Origin: Lama glama
Lineage: Eukaryota
NCBI GenBank assembly: GCA_028534125.1
Contig: JAPYYK010000093.1
Coordinates: forward strand, 1,240,001-1,304,000
Direction of reading: 5' to 3'
Length of the DNA stretch: 64,000 nucleotides
Below are positions 1 to 43,650 of the stretch, piece by piece. Below the pieces are notes generated by a model. The model searched no databases. It was not told where the DNA came from and worked only from the letters and a program-made list of their open reading frames with translations. Each line of letters starts with the position of its first letter. Within the stretch, counting starts at the first letter, position 1. The position numbers were made by a program, and so were the translations under genes.

Positions 1-2629
1 ACAAAGCACAGGGTTCTCTGAGTTCCTTGATGAGGACAAGTAGGAGCTTGGCAGGGGTCAGGGAGTGGTCAGAAGAACGGGGGCAAAGCTAACACCTCAA
101 GAATGAGGGAGTGAAACAGGCTAGAGGAGTCTGGGCGAGAGTGCACCAGGAAGGGGCAGAATGTGTGGGGCCTGGTAGCAGGAGGGCCCCTCGTATGTAT
201 TCCCAGTCCTTGCCCCTCTCACCCTCAGTCCCGAGGGGCTGAGTGCAACCACAGCCTGCCCCGTCCACCTCCCACTCAGCCTTCCTCCTGCACCACCAGC
301 CCCGTGTGTTTAGCAGTTTCCACACGTCCAGTGCCCAGGGATGGACTGATTGATCTGTAACACTGAAAAAATAATAATGGCTTGATCGTTACTGAGGATT
401 AAAAGTAATCCTTTCGCTGCGGCTATTGCAACTCCGTTATTCACGAGTCAGCGGGCTGACCCGGGCCTTTGGGCCCGTGGGACTCCATGAGTTCAAGGAG
501 GCTGGGGGGTGGGGCCCTCTGTCCCTCACCTTGGCCGCTAGGCCAGGGAGCCTGAGGGGCCATCAGCCCCCATGTTCCTGAGGCCTGTGAATCCCAGGGT
601 CAGAACTAAGCCCTGAGAGGGTGAAGGAGCTGGCATCACCCGGCCAGTGGGGAAGGTAGGGTCTGGAGAGGACTGCTTCTCAAGGCCATGGCCCAGTTTG
701 GAGACTTCAACTAGTGTCCGTTTAGTGTTTGCAATCCAATCAACCCTGTGGTTTTCTGTGGCCAGGGGCCTGCTCTGGTTGTTCCCACATGTGCCCCAGC
801 CTCAACCCCAACAAAGAGCAGTGGCCTTGGCAGAGCCCCATGTGGGCTCCAGGCCCACTCTGAGAAAGGTCTGGAGTCCTTGGGAAGCTGGTGGGCCACC
901 GGGGGTGGGCAGTTACTGCCCAAGGCTCATCCTCGAGGTGCAGCCCTGGGGGCTGCCCTCTGGGCTCACACTCTCTCATCCAGGCCAGGTGCCTCGTGCA
1001 TGGTCAGTGCTCAGTTAACAGGACTGGCATGACTTGTTAACCATGTGTCCCACAGTAACATCCTCTGAGGAGGGGCACTGCAGGCTTGTGATTCAGGGGC
1101 CTCATCCATCCCAGCTGTTGGGGTTGGGGTAGGGGTGTTTGTGGTTGAGGCTGAGAGGAGGCCCCAGGCTGGAAAGGGAGGGACAGGAGTTGGGTGCATA
1201 GGAGCCCCTGGGACCTTAAGAAAGCTTTGCCTTTTAAATGCAGAGCCATAATGAGCTGCCAAAGGGTTTAGGGGTTTGGGGAGGAGTGGGTAGCCGTGTG
1301 CTCAGATCCACATGTTGAAGGTGCCAGGTGCTGTGTGGAGAAAGATGATGAGGGGCCAGAGAGGATACAGGAGGCTGAGGGAGGACGGTCTGGGCTGGGA
1401 TGACCAGTGGGTGATCTGAGTAACATCAATGGTGGAATGTAGGGGGATGTAACAAGGTGGATGGTCTCATTTCAAGAAGGGTGTCATGAGCTCCAGTGTG
1501 CCTGGGGATAACCCCAGGTGTCCAGGAACTCAGGAGGGGCCAGGATTGGAGGCAAGACCTGGGAGGTGTCTGGGAGTAGAAAGGCCTGTGGCCCTAAAGC
1601 CCACCTAAGCAGGCACTGCAGTAACAGGTGGGCAGAGGACAGAACCTACAAGAAAGACAGATAGGGTAAGAGGAGAGGGAAGTGGAGGCCAGGGGGGACT
1701 CAACGTTGTGAAACGAGGGGGTTTGACTCTGAGACGGACTTTCCCACCCTGCCCCCAGGTCCCTCAGCCTCATATCCTCCCCAGCATTCAGTGCTCCTGG
1801 CCTGAGGAGGAGAGGGTGCCAGGCCCAGTGGGAGTGGGGCTGGCTCTGGATGGCCCCTCTAACTGCCAGGGGTGGCATCCTGCCCAGAAAGTGGAGACTG
1901 CAGCTCTCCTGGGAATCCCCAGGTCCCCCCCACCACCACACTGTTTCATGCTGGAAGGGAGGAAAAGCTGGTTTCCCACTTCCCCTGAGGGGCAGCTTCC
2001 AGGCTTTATTAGAACCTCCCTTCTGGGGCCCACAAGCCTTTAGTCCTGGGCTGATGGAGGGGAGCACTTCTGTTGAATACTAAGGGGCCAGGGCCTTCTG
2101 AGTAGGGCTGGAGGCCAGAAGACAGGACCCTACTGCTCCACCCACGGAGTCGAGGGGGGCAGGGTGTTGGGGACCAGAGCCCATCCCCCACCAAGAGCCA
2201 CTCTCTCTCTCCCAGGCCTGGTGGGCCCTGTGGAGAATGCCTTCAGACCTTAGTCATGGGCTAGGCAAGGCAAATTCGGTGGTGAGGGCCCACGCCCAAC
2301 CTAGAGTCACTCCATGAACTTAGGCAGGCTACTCACCACCTGCATGCCTGGGTATCCTCATCTAAGGAGGATGTGTCAGGCACATTGTGAATGGGGACAG
2401 GTACACATGATGTGTCTCTGGCCCAGGGGAGGGCTTAGATGCAGTAGGTGACCCATTCAGGGTGACAGTCATCATTATGATTAACAGGACATCACTGCAC
2501 TCAGCTCTGTGGTAGGCCCTAAAGGGCCAGACTCAAGAGCCCCAAGATTTAGTAGAGGGACAGGATCCATGGAGATACAAAATAAGAATCTCTGGGCATC
2601 CAGGATTTAGGCCCAGAAAGTAGTCTGAT

Positions 2630-2850
2630 TCTGATGCCTCCTCCAGGAAGTCTTCCCTGATGTCCCAAGTTCCCACAACACTGAGCTTCCCAGAAGCACC
2701 TCAATTATTCCTACCCTGGTTGTTCTGTCCAGTTATGAGTCTGTTTCCCTCTGTGAACTGAGAGACGATAGGGCTAACTCTGCCATATCTCTGCACATCA
2801 GCACAACCTGGTGCCAGGTGTGCCAGGTAACAAGGTGTGAACAGATACAG
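2630..2850 (+). mobile_element. Old LINE-2 3' fragment
   Basis: CCTCCTCCAGGAAGTCTTCCCTGA and TCTGTTTCCCTCTGTGAACTG motifs typical of L2 3' regions; diverged, boundaries approximate. Confidence 0.5.
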
Positions 2851-3410
2851 CTGTGCTCATGGGCAGAGTAGTTGACGGAAGAGACTGCAGGAACCAGCAC
2901 CAAAGGACAGGCCAGGCTTGTGTGAACAGAAGGCTTGGCAAGCCCTGCTGGAAGGAAACTCAGGAAGCCAGGACAGGGACAGTGGTGCTGGGCTTAGGTG
3001 GGCAGAGGTCAGCTATGGGCACCTTCTGCTGGACCCTGAACAAGCTGGGGGCAAAGGTGCGTCAGCAAGGCACTCTCACTTCTGACAGTTCACCCTTGGC
3101 TGGAGAGGGCCTTCCTCTCGGCACTGGGCTGACACTGGTTTGTAGTGGATAGAGAGTGACAGTGGACTTGGTTCCAGAGCCTAAGTCCCAGTGCATCCTG
3201 GGGATCCCCCTGCCATCCTGTGGGCAGGAGGTGTGGCTGAGCTGAAGTCCAGGACATCCCATGGAGACGCCCCTCAGATCACTCTCTGCAGGCTTCACCT
3301 TGTCTGTGGGAACCTGCTGTGGGTAGGGAAAGGGCCCACACAGTGAGCTGGAGAATTTTTGGTGCCATGGAATCTCTGGGAGTCTGGCAGGATGTCCAGG
3401 GAGTCCCTGA

Positions 3411-34002
<30,592 letters not shown>

Positions 34003-35880
34003 GTGCTCCCTCCCTGCCAGTCCCCTGCTCCCCCGCCCCACACTCCCCGCCTTAGAGCCTCACCCCCTCCCTCACTGAAGGACCTGAGCACGCCGGGCCC
34101 CCAAGAGTCTGCACCTGGTGGGCAGGGAGGTGGATTCCCAAAGGAGAGCGTTTCAAGTCTTTGGCCCCCAAGCCACATCTAGCGCCTGAACTGTCAAAAG
34201 TGTCCCAAGACCCCTCATTCCCACTTGACTTACTCGCCTCTCCCCCCAGGACTGGGCCAGGGAAGACACAGTACTGGTGCCAAACCAGGCCTGCACTGCC
34301 CACCCTGCCCTGAGGCTCCGTTTGTGTGGGAGGCCTAGGTCTTGCCCCAGCTGAACTCCTCTAACCTGGTTCTTCTGCCCTACCCAGGACCAAATTTGGA
34401 TTCCCTGGGAATCATGGAGGAAGTTGAGATGGGCAGTTTGAGGCCTGTGCATCCCAGCTTAAGTCCTAGCAGAAGAGAGGTTCTTGGGCAGCCCTCCTGC
34501 CTCTCTCACGCCTACAGCCACCTCTCCCTCACCAAGCCCTGCAGGTTGCAGGACAGTGACTGGCTCAGACACACCCCATACACATCTGGAGCCCTGAGGG
34601 CAGAAACTGGACTCACATTAAACATATCCAGGAGGACACACACAAACACAGACGTGCACAGACACACACAAACACACACATACCGTGGGGTGGGGTGGGA
34701 GTCGGGGCTCACAAAGCCTTACACAGGATGAAGGGTTGGTGGGAGGGTTGGCACATGCACACTCCATCTCCTGCTCACCATCCGCCTCTAATCTGACCTG
34801 CAGCCCAGCTGGTCCTCCGTCTCTAAAGCTGAATGTCAAACAGTGCCAAATGCTGGGGCAAGGGGTGAAGACCCCTCTGTCCCACCCTAGCCACCAGTGT
34901 CCCCTAAATGCCCCTCACTCCACCAGGTGCTCATTGTAACCATTTCTCACTAGTGTCAGGCCTTCAGTGGGACCACATGCCACTGCCTGCATCCCTCGGC
35001 AGAGGAACTCTCACCGGACATTGCCCCTTGCCTTAGCGGGGTGACTTGATCACTGCTAGCTGGGTCATCCCACCCCCAGTCTGGCCCACACTCAGGCCTG
35101 TGCCCACTTCCACACACACTCCCTTGCCAAACTGCTCCTCCCTGCTGAACACTTGCACACACGTAAACACATATACACACTCTGCACACACACAGGCTGG
35201 GCCTGGGCTCATCTTCATTCTGGTCATTTCCCCCAAAGGCATCCCAGCCTGGGGGCCAGTGGGGGACTGAGGGCAGGGGGATGTGGCCGTGGGGCTCAGA
35301 TGGAGTTGGAGGAGGGGGGAGGGTGATGCATTAATTAATGGCTCCGTTAATTAATGTCACGTTGCTTGTTGCTTTCTCAGTGTGTGTGTATGGTCCATGC
35401 CTGCTGCTGGTGCCAGGGTGGGTGCCCAAGCTGTACACCCAGCCTGGATGCCAGCCATGTCTTGCGGGGGCGTGTGTGTGTAACTGTAGTGTAGTCAGGT
35501 GCTCAATGGAGAATACAAAAATAAAAAAGAATCAAACATATACAGAAAATATATATTTTAAGTTTAAAAAACAGAAAAGCAGACAAAACAATCCCCATCA
35601 GGTAGTTGTCCAACCCCCGGCTGGGTCTGATCCTTCTCATCACCCACCCGACCTGGCTGCCCCTTGCCTCGGGCTTGGGGGATCTGTTGGGGGCTGGGGG
35701 TCCATTTTCTCTTATCTGCCCTTTTTTTTTGGTTGTTCTATTTTGTACAGCAAGTTGGACAAACAGCGACAAAAAAGTCAAGAACTTTGTAAAATATTGT
35801 GTGTGATTCCTTGTAAAATATTTTCAAATGGTTTATTACAGAAAATCAGTTATTAAATAATGTTCATATTTTCACTTCAA
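34003..35880 (+). other. CACNA2D2: CACNA2D2 3' UTR (approximate end)
   Basis: Follows stop codon; becomes AU-rich distally; AATAAA at 35520-35525 and ATTAAA at 35852-35857. Confidence 0.7.
35852..35857 (+). terminator. Probable distal polyadenylation signal (ATTAAA) of CACNA2D2
   Basis: ATTAAA at the end of an AU-rich block with upstream TGTA elements; composition returns to GC-rich afterwards. Confidence 0.6.
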
Positions 35881-36639
35881 ATGATTCCCATCCACTGTGT
35901 CTGCCCTGGAGTGAGGATTGGGTGGCCTGAAGACACGTGGCCATGACCTCAGAGCCCCACTCACCACTCAACTGGGAGTGAAGGCCGTAGGAATCCTCGT
36001 TCCTGGAGGGTGTAGGGAATGACGCTTCCCAGGCCTCCTAAGTGCCAGAACTTTGGTATCCTTTGTCTCATACTCTTCTCAAAAACCTCCAGGAAAAGTT
36101 TTCTTTAAAAAAAAAAAGTCTCCAGAGGCTCAAGGCCAAGACTGTGGAGGAGAGAAGATGGAGATGAGATGCTGGTTTACGCAAGCTTCTGGCCATAGGG
36201 TCAGACCACCTGGGCCTAGTGGGCAGGTCCTCCACTTTGGAGCACAGAGTGAGTACCTGACCTGAGTCCGTGACCTGGTGCTTGAGGGCTCAGTGCTGTC
36301 TGGTGGAGGGCAGGGTCTGGCGCATCCCCAAGTATGATGGCTGCTCCATCCCAGCCCAGGGAAGGCCTGGTACCCTCAGTGGCCACTGCACCTCACACTG
36401 GAACCCAACTTTGAGTCTCTTTCTGCAGATCCTCTCAGACTTCCTTCTGGCCAACCCTACACCTTTGTTCACTTTAACCCCAACTTTCTCAATATCAGCC
36501 CTATTCTGTGTGACCTTCCCAGTTCTTTTCAAAGGGAAGGACTTATAAAGACCAGGGCAGAGGTTTGCCAGTGCTGCTGACAGCCGCTCTCTTACAATAC
36601 ATATTCCAACTCTGTACTCACCTAGTGGGCAGCCAGCTG

Positions 36640-36720
36640 AGTCCTCACCACCACCTTAGAGTTGGATACTAGTTTATCCCATACCACAGATGAGCAAACT
36701 AAGGCTTAAGAGAAATTCTT
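36640..36720 (-). mobile_element. MIR SINE fragment
   Basis: ATCCCATACCACAGATGAGCAAACTAAGGCTTAAGAGA resembles the MIR core. Confidence 0.55.
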
Positions 36721-36938
36721 TCTCCCAGTGAGGCAAGAAACCAGCAAAGGTTTCAGAGGGGAGGTGGCCTGTGGCTGGGGGGCCTTGGATGCTAAATAAA
36801 TGGAAGAGGGCATTCCAGGCCTTAGCGAGGACACCCTTCCTCACTCCTCTTGTGGCAAGTTCTGGCCACAGAGCAAAGCCTAGCTAGCAACCCCTGAGAC
36901 AGCTCCCATGCCCCACAACAGCCCCAGAGGTCCTGGGG

Positions 36939-37150
36939 TATAGTTGCGCTAAAAAATACAGAACATCCAGTCACATTTGGAATTTCAGATAATCAACAAA
37001 TATTTTCAGTATATTGCCAACACTGCATTGGACATAACTATACTGAAAATTGGGGACCTGCCTACACTGACGAAAATTATTCATTGTTTATCTGAAATTC
37101 CAATTTAGCTGAGGGTCCTGTATTTTGATTTGCTAAATCTGGCAACCCTA
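36939..37150. mobile_element. MER53 palindromic MITE (hAT-type)
   Basis: Arms AAAATACAG..GGAATTTCAGATAA and TTATCTGAAATTCC..CTGTATTTT, terminus TCTGGCAACCCTA; 8-bp flanks TCCTGGGG (36931-36938) and CCCTGGGG (37151-37158). Confidence 0.85.
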
Positions 37151-37629
37151 CCCTGGGGTGGCATCCAATGGGAACCTAGACCCCAAAGATAAAGGATAGC
37201 AATACCCTTTTTAACCAGGAAGGTTATGCACACATTGGCAGTTGGGCTGAAGTCAGTGGAAGGAAAGGATTTGGTACTTTATAAATGATCTTTGTCATAT
37301 AACTATTTCAATTATATTTTACATTTTAAAAAAGTAACTCAGTACACACACACACACAAATCAGTTTGCACAAGACACAAGCTGCCTTAAGTCACGTTTC
37401 AGTGAGGTGGGGGCCCACGGCCAGTCTGACCGAAGTTTGTAGAGAGACCTCTTTTCATCCAGGTCAGTTATTGTGGGGAGGAGCGTCACTGAGAGAGGCC
37501 CAGCCTTGCCCCTTTTGGGTGCTGGAGACCTGAGTTCTAATACAGGCTCCACCTCACTTGTAATAAGGGCAGCTTGGGCAACACACTGAGCACCCGGGGT
37601 GGACTGGTATTTTATACCCCAGGTACCTT

Positions 37630-37765
37630 GGATCCTCACAGTAGGTCCTGTCATCACCTCCATTTTATGGTCCATGAAACTGAGTCTAAACAAAGTCCAG
37701 GAACTTGGCCAATGTCACACAGCCGCCAAAAGGCAGAGCAAGAATTCCAACCTGAGTCAGGTCCC
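37630..37765 (-). mobile_element. MIR SINE fragment
   Basis: CTCCATTTTATGG..GAAACTGAG..ACTTGGCCAATGTCACACAGC..GGCAGAGC..GAATTCCAACC matches the MIR layout. Confidence 0.65.
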
Positions 37766-37899
37766 CTACACCCCATACAACCTGGGCCTGGCATACAACA
37801 GGCCGCGGAAGTTTCGGGAGTTCACACCCACTGGACCATCCAACATTCTATCCGCACACCCGTCCACAGGACACACCCACTCAGACATACAGGCACACA

Positions 37900-38830
37900 C
37901 AGAGCCACTCTCCCCGGAAATTCAGCAAATGCTTTGCCTGCAATAGCGCTGCCGCTGGTACCCGCCGCTCCCCCGAGATTAGCTATGCTCGTTCACCCTC
38001 TCCCACCTCCGAAGAACGACGGAAACGGCCCTGAGAACTACAACTCCCAAGCACACCTTCCTCTCACCACCAACAGGAAGGGCCCGGGCGCATAGCCTCC
38101 TGGGACTTGTTGTTCTACCCAGAACCCTGATTTCCGCCGGCCCCGAGTTGGGCTGGGGACTCCATGTCCCAGCATGCCGCGGAGCCGCAAGGCCGACGCT
38201 CAGAGGGCATCCTGAGGCCGCCTGGGACGCGCAGGCGCAGCGCCCCTGTTTGTCGGCGCCTGAGAAGGGAGGAGGTACTGCCGAAGCCGAGGCCGAGGCC
38301 GAGGCGGAGCTGACCAGACTTGACTCCGACCCAGAACTAGGCTCCAGTACCCCGCGGACCGTAGGGTCTCAGAGTGGATGGAGGAGACCGAACCCTGAGA
38401 TCACCGCCAGCACGGTCGCTGTGCCGCAGGGCCCACAGGGCAGGCAGGCAGGCGCGCTGAAGCTGCCCGGGGCCTTCCCCCAGGTCCCCGGCCCCGCGAC
38501 CAGGCCCGGCTCTGCCCTTTGGGACCAGAGCCGACCCAACCGGAAAAGGAGCCTTCACCGGGGCCATAGGCCAGTGATTAGGCCAAGGCAGGGCCTCCCG
38601 TCGGGGCCGACTGGGACGAGGCCCCGGGGAGGCCCCTAGCCCACTAAACCCTTCCCTCAGGCCGACTCCCGCCGGGAAGATGCAGCGCGCCCTACCGGGC
38701 GCCCGCCAACACTTGGGGGCCATCCTGGCCAGCGCCAGCGTGGTGGTGAAGGCTCTGTGCGCGGTGGTACTATTCCTCTACCTACTGTCCTTCGCCGTGG
38801 ACACGGGCTGCCTGGCGGTCACCCCAGGCT
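37900..38830 (+). promoter_or_regulatory. TMEM115 CpG-island promoter with ZNF143-type motifs
   Basis: CpG-dense; ACTACAACTCCCAAGCAC at about 38037-38054, ACTCCATGTCCCAGCATGC at about 38159-38177, NRF1-like CGCGCAGGCGCA at about 38228-38239. Confidence 0.75.
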
Positions 38831-41800
38831 ACCTCTTTCCGCCCAACTTCTGGATCTGGACCCTGGCCACCCATGGGCTGATGGAACAACATGTGTGGGA
38901 TGTGGCCATCAGCCTGGCCACAGTGGTGGTGGCTGGACGTTTGCTGGAGCCCCTCTGGGGAGCCTTGGAGCTGCTCATCTTCTTCTCAGTGGTGAACGTG
39001 TCGGTGGGGCTGCTGGGGGCCTTTGCCTACCTCCTCACCTACATGGCTTCCTTCAACTTGGTCTACCTTTTCACTATCCGCATCCATGGCGCCCTGGGCT
39101 TCCTAGGTGGTGTCCTGGTGGCACTCAAACAAACCATGGGGGACTGTGTGGTCCTGCGAGTGCCCCAGGTACGTGTCAGTGTGGTTCCCATGCTCCTGTT
39201 GGGGCTGCTGCTGCTGCTGAGGCTGGCCACACTGCTCCAGAGCCCAGCACTAGCCTCTTACGGCTTTGGGCTGCTCTCCAGCTGGGTGTATCTTCGCTTC
39301 TACCAGCGCCATAGCCGAGGCCGAGGGGACATGGCCGACCACTTTGCTTTCGCCACCTTCTTCCCGGAGATTCTGCAGCCTGTGGTGGGGCTGCTGGCGA
39401 ACTTGGTGCATGGCCTCCTGGTGAAGATAAAGATATGCCAGAAGACAGTGAAGCGCTATGATGTGGGTGCCCCATCCTCCATCACCATCAGCCTCCCAGG
39501 CACAGACCCTCAAGACGCAGAGCGGAGAAGGTACTGTGGAATCTTCCAAAACCTTGTCAAGCTAGGAGAGTATTTATTGATCAAGTCACATCCCATCTGT
39601 TGAATTGCTTGCTCTGTGTAGGCTGCTGGCCTACAGTCAGATATTGGGGCAGATTCAGAAAGAGAAAATCCAGTTTGTGGCCTTGAGGGGCTCAGCATTT
39701 AGGTGTCTGGCTGCAGGAGGTACTTTGCAAAATTAGAGAGTAAAAGTTCCTTTTCTCACCACTCAGTCCACTTAAGTTTCAAGAAATGAAAAGCTCCTGC
39801 TTTTTGGAGCTGTGTAAGGGGCTGTTGGAGAGCTAGGTACACATAACCTTGGCCTTGTCTCAGAATCTCAGAATCCTAGACCCTAGTCCTGTGGGAGCCA
39901 GAGACAACCCGCTGGTCCTTGCTCCCCTGTGAGGGAGGAACAGAGAAAGAGACCTAGAGTCCTTAAGAGTTGGTTGGGGCCACCCCAAATGCTGAACCAT
40001 GCCCTCTTCCTAGGGCTTAATTCAGATTCTGTTGTTTCTCTACCACTTATTGAGAGCGAAGCTTAGGGTATTACTAGACCTACCCCCATCCTGCCCCCGA
40101 CTTTGGCAGGCATTTGTCACCAAACCTAGGAGACAGTCACCTGACCCATTGAGGGAGCCTGCTGACCATACCAGGGAGTGGAGATAACCTTTCCATTATC
40201 TGTAAACCAAGCCATGTGTACCATGAGGAGTCCCAGCTGAATTATTCACTTGGCCAAGGCAAGACAGATCTTTTTTAATCCAGCTCTTTCTCTCTCATAT
40301 CTCTGGACTCACCACAGTGGTCACAGCTCAGTTTCCAACATTATTCTTAAGTTTTTCGATGCAGTTACTTGAGTAGTGAAATCTAGAGCAGGATCTGTTC
40401 CTACTTTCTGCATTTGTCAAAGGCTTCTGTTTTTTCTCACTGTGAAATGGGTTCTTAACAAGCAGCTTTATGGATTCAGCTGGAGTTTTCCCTGTGTTTT
40501 ACTCTCCACTGGGGCTGTGAAGTTGAGTGTGGGACACAACCCTTTCCTGAAGGAGTTTCCAGATAGGGAAGGGCCACAGGTAACTGTGGTCCAAGGCGGA
40601 ACGTGTTGAAAAGTACACACAGCATGTAGCAGAGCATAACTCTAGGCCCTACAGTTTGTGTCTCTATGGCTAATGAATCCTAAAGACTGAGGTCTGTCTT
40701 AACCTTACATGGTGGGGAAGATGGGGCCAGGAGGCTGGGCCTGGTAGAAACTGAGCTGTCCTCAGAGCTGTTCAGGTGGGCCCAGACCACAGTGGTGGCC
40801 CCTCCTCGAGTGAGACATCTTGGTTAGTTAGAGTTGGCTGGACATTTGAAAAACCTCTGCACAGGCTAAAGAAAATGGACAGGTTCAGGCAGGCTGGGCT
40901 GGGGAGGGAGGGATGTTGGGAAGCTGGTTCTTGGTTTAGTTTTGATGTTTTTAGCTTACTTGGGGATGGGGGTTATTCCTCCAACCAGTTTGACATCTGG
41001 CTGCATGCCACTCCCTGACCCAAAGGGCTACCCTATGATGGTGGGAGGCAGGGTTTCCTACCTTGGACCCTTGTGAGGGAGTGATTAGCATGCCACAACC
41101 TCTCCCTTGGCAGGCTTTAGACAGAATTGGCAAGGGAGTCTCCAGATTGGGAGCCTCAGTAGCAGCAGGGAAGAACTATCCTGTCTGTCCCAACTTGCCA
41201 TGTGTCAGGGTCAAAGTGTGCTGGGGCTTTCTGTGCCTGTGTTATTGCCTCTTCTGGTACAGTGGAGATTTTAGTTCTCTGCTGGAACTTGGAAGGCTAC
41301 ACAGGTCCCCCATGCTGGTGGCAGAGGTTGAGGCATCAGCGGCCCACAGTGACCACTATTACAAGTGTTACCCGGCAGTATGAGCATTCCACCTCTTGGT
41401 AGGGCAGGGTCCCAAGTGCACCTATATATCTTCTCGTGAACTTTCCCACTTCCCCCCAGAGTTGGGTCTCCAGGGGCTGCCCAGTGGAACCAGGAGGCTC
41501 TGGCCTGTGTTCTACCCACGTGGCTATTTCTCCATCTCTGCAAGGACTCAGGGTGTCCCTGCTCTAAAACAAGTCCTGGTGGCTTTGGGGATTCTTCAGG
41601 AAGGAGAGTATTTGAGTCAGTTAGGAGGGATAGGTTGATCCAGGTTGGCCCTGTTTCCCAGGCTGAGAGCCAGGGCAGGTGCTTGAGTTCCAACCTTCCC
41701 TACAGACCCTTGTTGGGAGGCTCCTTAACAAGGAGAGGCGGAGAAGTAACAGCTTTCTCCTTAGATGTGATGCCAGTGCCCAGCAGAAACTCATATGTCC

Positions 41801-42373
41801 AGGGACTTGCCCTTCCACCTGTCTGCCCTGGGACACCAGCTCTGCCTAGTCTTAGGCACCATCCTCAGAACCATTCCTAGGGCTGGCCTGAGGGCAGCCT
41901 GGCATACACCCAGCTGGCCTTCTCAGCCTGGAGGTGACCCAGCTATGGAGGGAAGAAGGCTCTACAGCCTTTGGGTCCTCATTCTGATAGGAGAGTGGGT
42001 CCTAATCCAATCCCTGAGGAACCCTGGGCCCTGCATGGGGAAGGGGAACATGTAGGATTCTGAGAGGGGAGTCCGAGTAGTAAGGCAAATCAGTTTCACA
42101 GGGGAAGAGTGCAGGACATGAGGCAAGTCCAGACCCTGAGTGACCTGTCATCTTTTCCCTGGCCCCAGGCAACTGGCTCTGAAGGCCCTCAATGAGCGGT
42201 TGAAGAGAGTGGAGGACCAGTCCGTCTGGCCCAGCATGGACGACGATGAAGAGGAAGCTGGGGCCAAGGTGGACAGCCCTCTGCCCTCAGACAAGGCCCC
42301 CGCAATCCCAGGGAAGGGGTCTGTCCCAGAATCCAGCTTGATCACCTTTGAGGCAGCTCCCCCGAAGCTATAA
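38680..42373 (+). CDS. TMEM115: Transmembrane protein 115 (Golgi rhomboid-like pseudoprotease, PL6)
   Basis: join(38680-39530, 42169-42373) = 1056 nt = 351 aa; MQRALPGARQHLGAILASASVVVKALC...QDAERRR|QLALKALNERLKRVEDQ...; GT-AG intron. Confidence 0.97.
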
Positions 42374-42942
42374 CTCCTGACCACCTTGACTGTAGCATCT
42401 CCTCTCCCAAGCCCCCACTTGACACCCTCTCAGCTATTCCAGGGCACTGACTGCTCTGAGGAGAGGGAAGAAGGCCTGCTGGGGGTTGCCACAGCCTTCT
42501 GCTATTTCTCGCCAACACTACCCAGGACTCTTGCTACCTGGTTCCAGTTCCAGACAACCACTATGCCAGGCATGGGGCCTCTGAAGCATCAGCCAGCCCA
42601 GGCCACCTGAGGTAAGACTGCACCTCAGCAGGCAGCCCCAAGCAAATGGCTACAGGGACACTGGTGCCATGGCTCCTGGGCCAACCCTCACGCCTGATAC
42701 TGGTTGCCGAGAGCCCCGAGCCAAGGCAAGGATTTGCCAAAAACGTTCTGGGGGTCCAGCCAGTGCAGGAGCCAGCACAGGGCTGCACATCCCTGCCCAC
42801 CCCCAGAAAGACTATGTTCATGTCAGGATTTCTGATTCCCTCTGCTGTGGCCATGGCTGCTTCTGGGCCAGAACAGTCACAGTTCCCAGATATTTTCTAC
42901 AGGACCACTTGAGTGGGCAGCCAAGCCCAGCCTCGCAGTATC

Positions 42943-42948
42943 AATAAA
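42943..42948 (+). terminator. TMEM115 polyadenylation signal AATAAA
   Basis: AATAAA about 570 nt after the stop codon. Confidence 0.75.
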
Positions 42949-43644
42949 GCAGTTCTTTGAGGTATGGCTCCTGGGCTCTGTCAGACTGCCTTGTGCAGCC
43001 CCCTCATCATATGCAACTGCAAAGTTAGGCAGGGACTTTTTACTCTAGGTTCAAGGGCTTGGTCCCCAAGGCTCCTCCAGCTGGATTGAAAAAATCATTG
43101 CCCTCACTCTCCTTCCCCCAGCACACTCCCCTCCCCGCCACCACATATCCACTGTCAAGCAGCCTTCCGAGAGCTGCACCCTTACTTATTTTCTCTCTCC
43201 CTGCAGTACCCAGTCAGGGAGGCCCGGCCTGGAGGATCTGATGATTAAGAGCCTCTCTATCACAGGGAGTTGTTCTCATCCATGGCTCACCGCCAAGACA
43301 GAGTGCTCGGTGCTTGACACCTATGGAGGCAGCCCATCCCCAGCTCCCATCCTGTCATTGTCCAGATCTGACCACCACAGTCTGGAAACCAGCACAGCTG
43401 GGAGGCTGAAAGGACACACAGCTGCACCATTCACAGCTACAGCCATAGGACCTGCTAGGGCCCTGGGTGACATGGGATGCCCGGCAGCCAGATTCTGGGG
43501 CTAGTGTGCCAGGAAAGCTTTAGCCCCTCAGTGAACAGGTCCCCATCTTGCCCAGCTGTCCACTTTTTCATGCTGATAGCATTCGCAAGAACTATTCCCA
43601 GCTCTGGGTTACTCCTCCCATCCAGTCTTTTCAGTCTTTTTTTT

Positions 43645-43650
43645 TTTATT
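43645..43650 (-). terminator. Candidate CYB561D2 polyadenylation signal
   Basis: TTTATT on + (AATAAA on -) about 300 nt past the stop codon. Confidence 0.55.
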
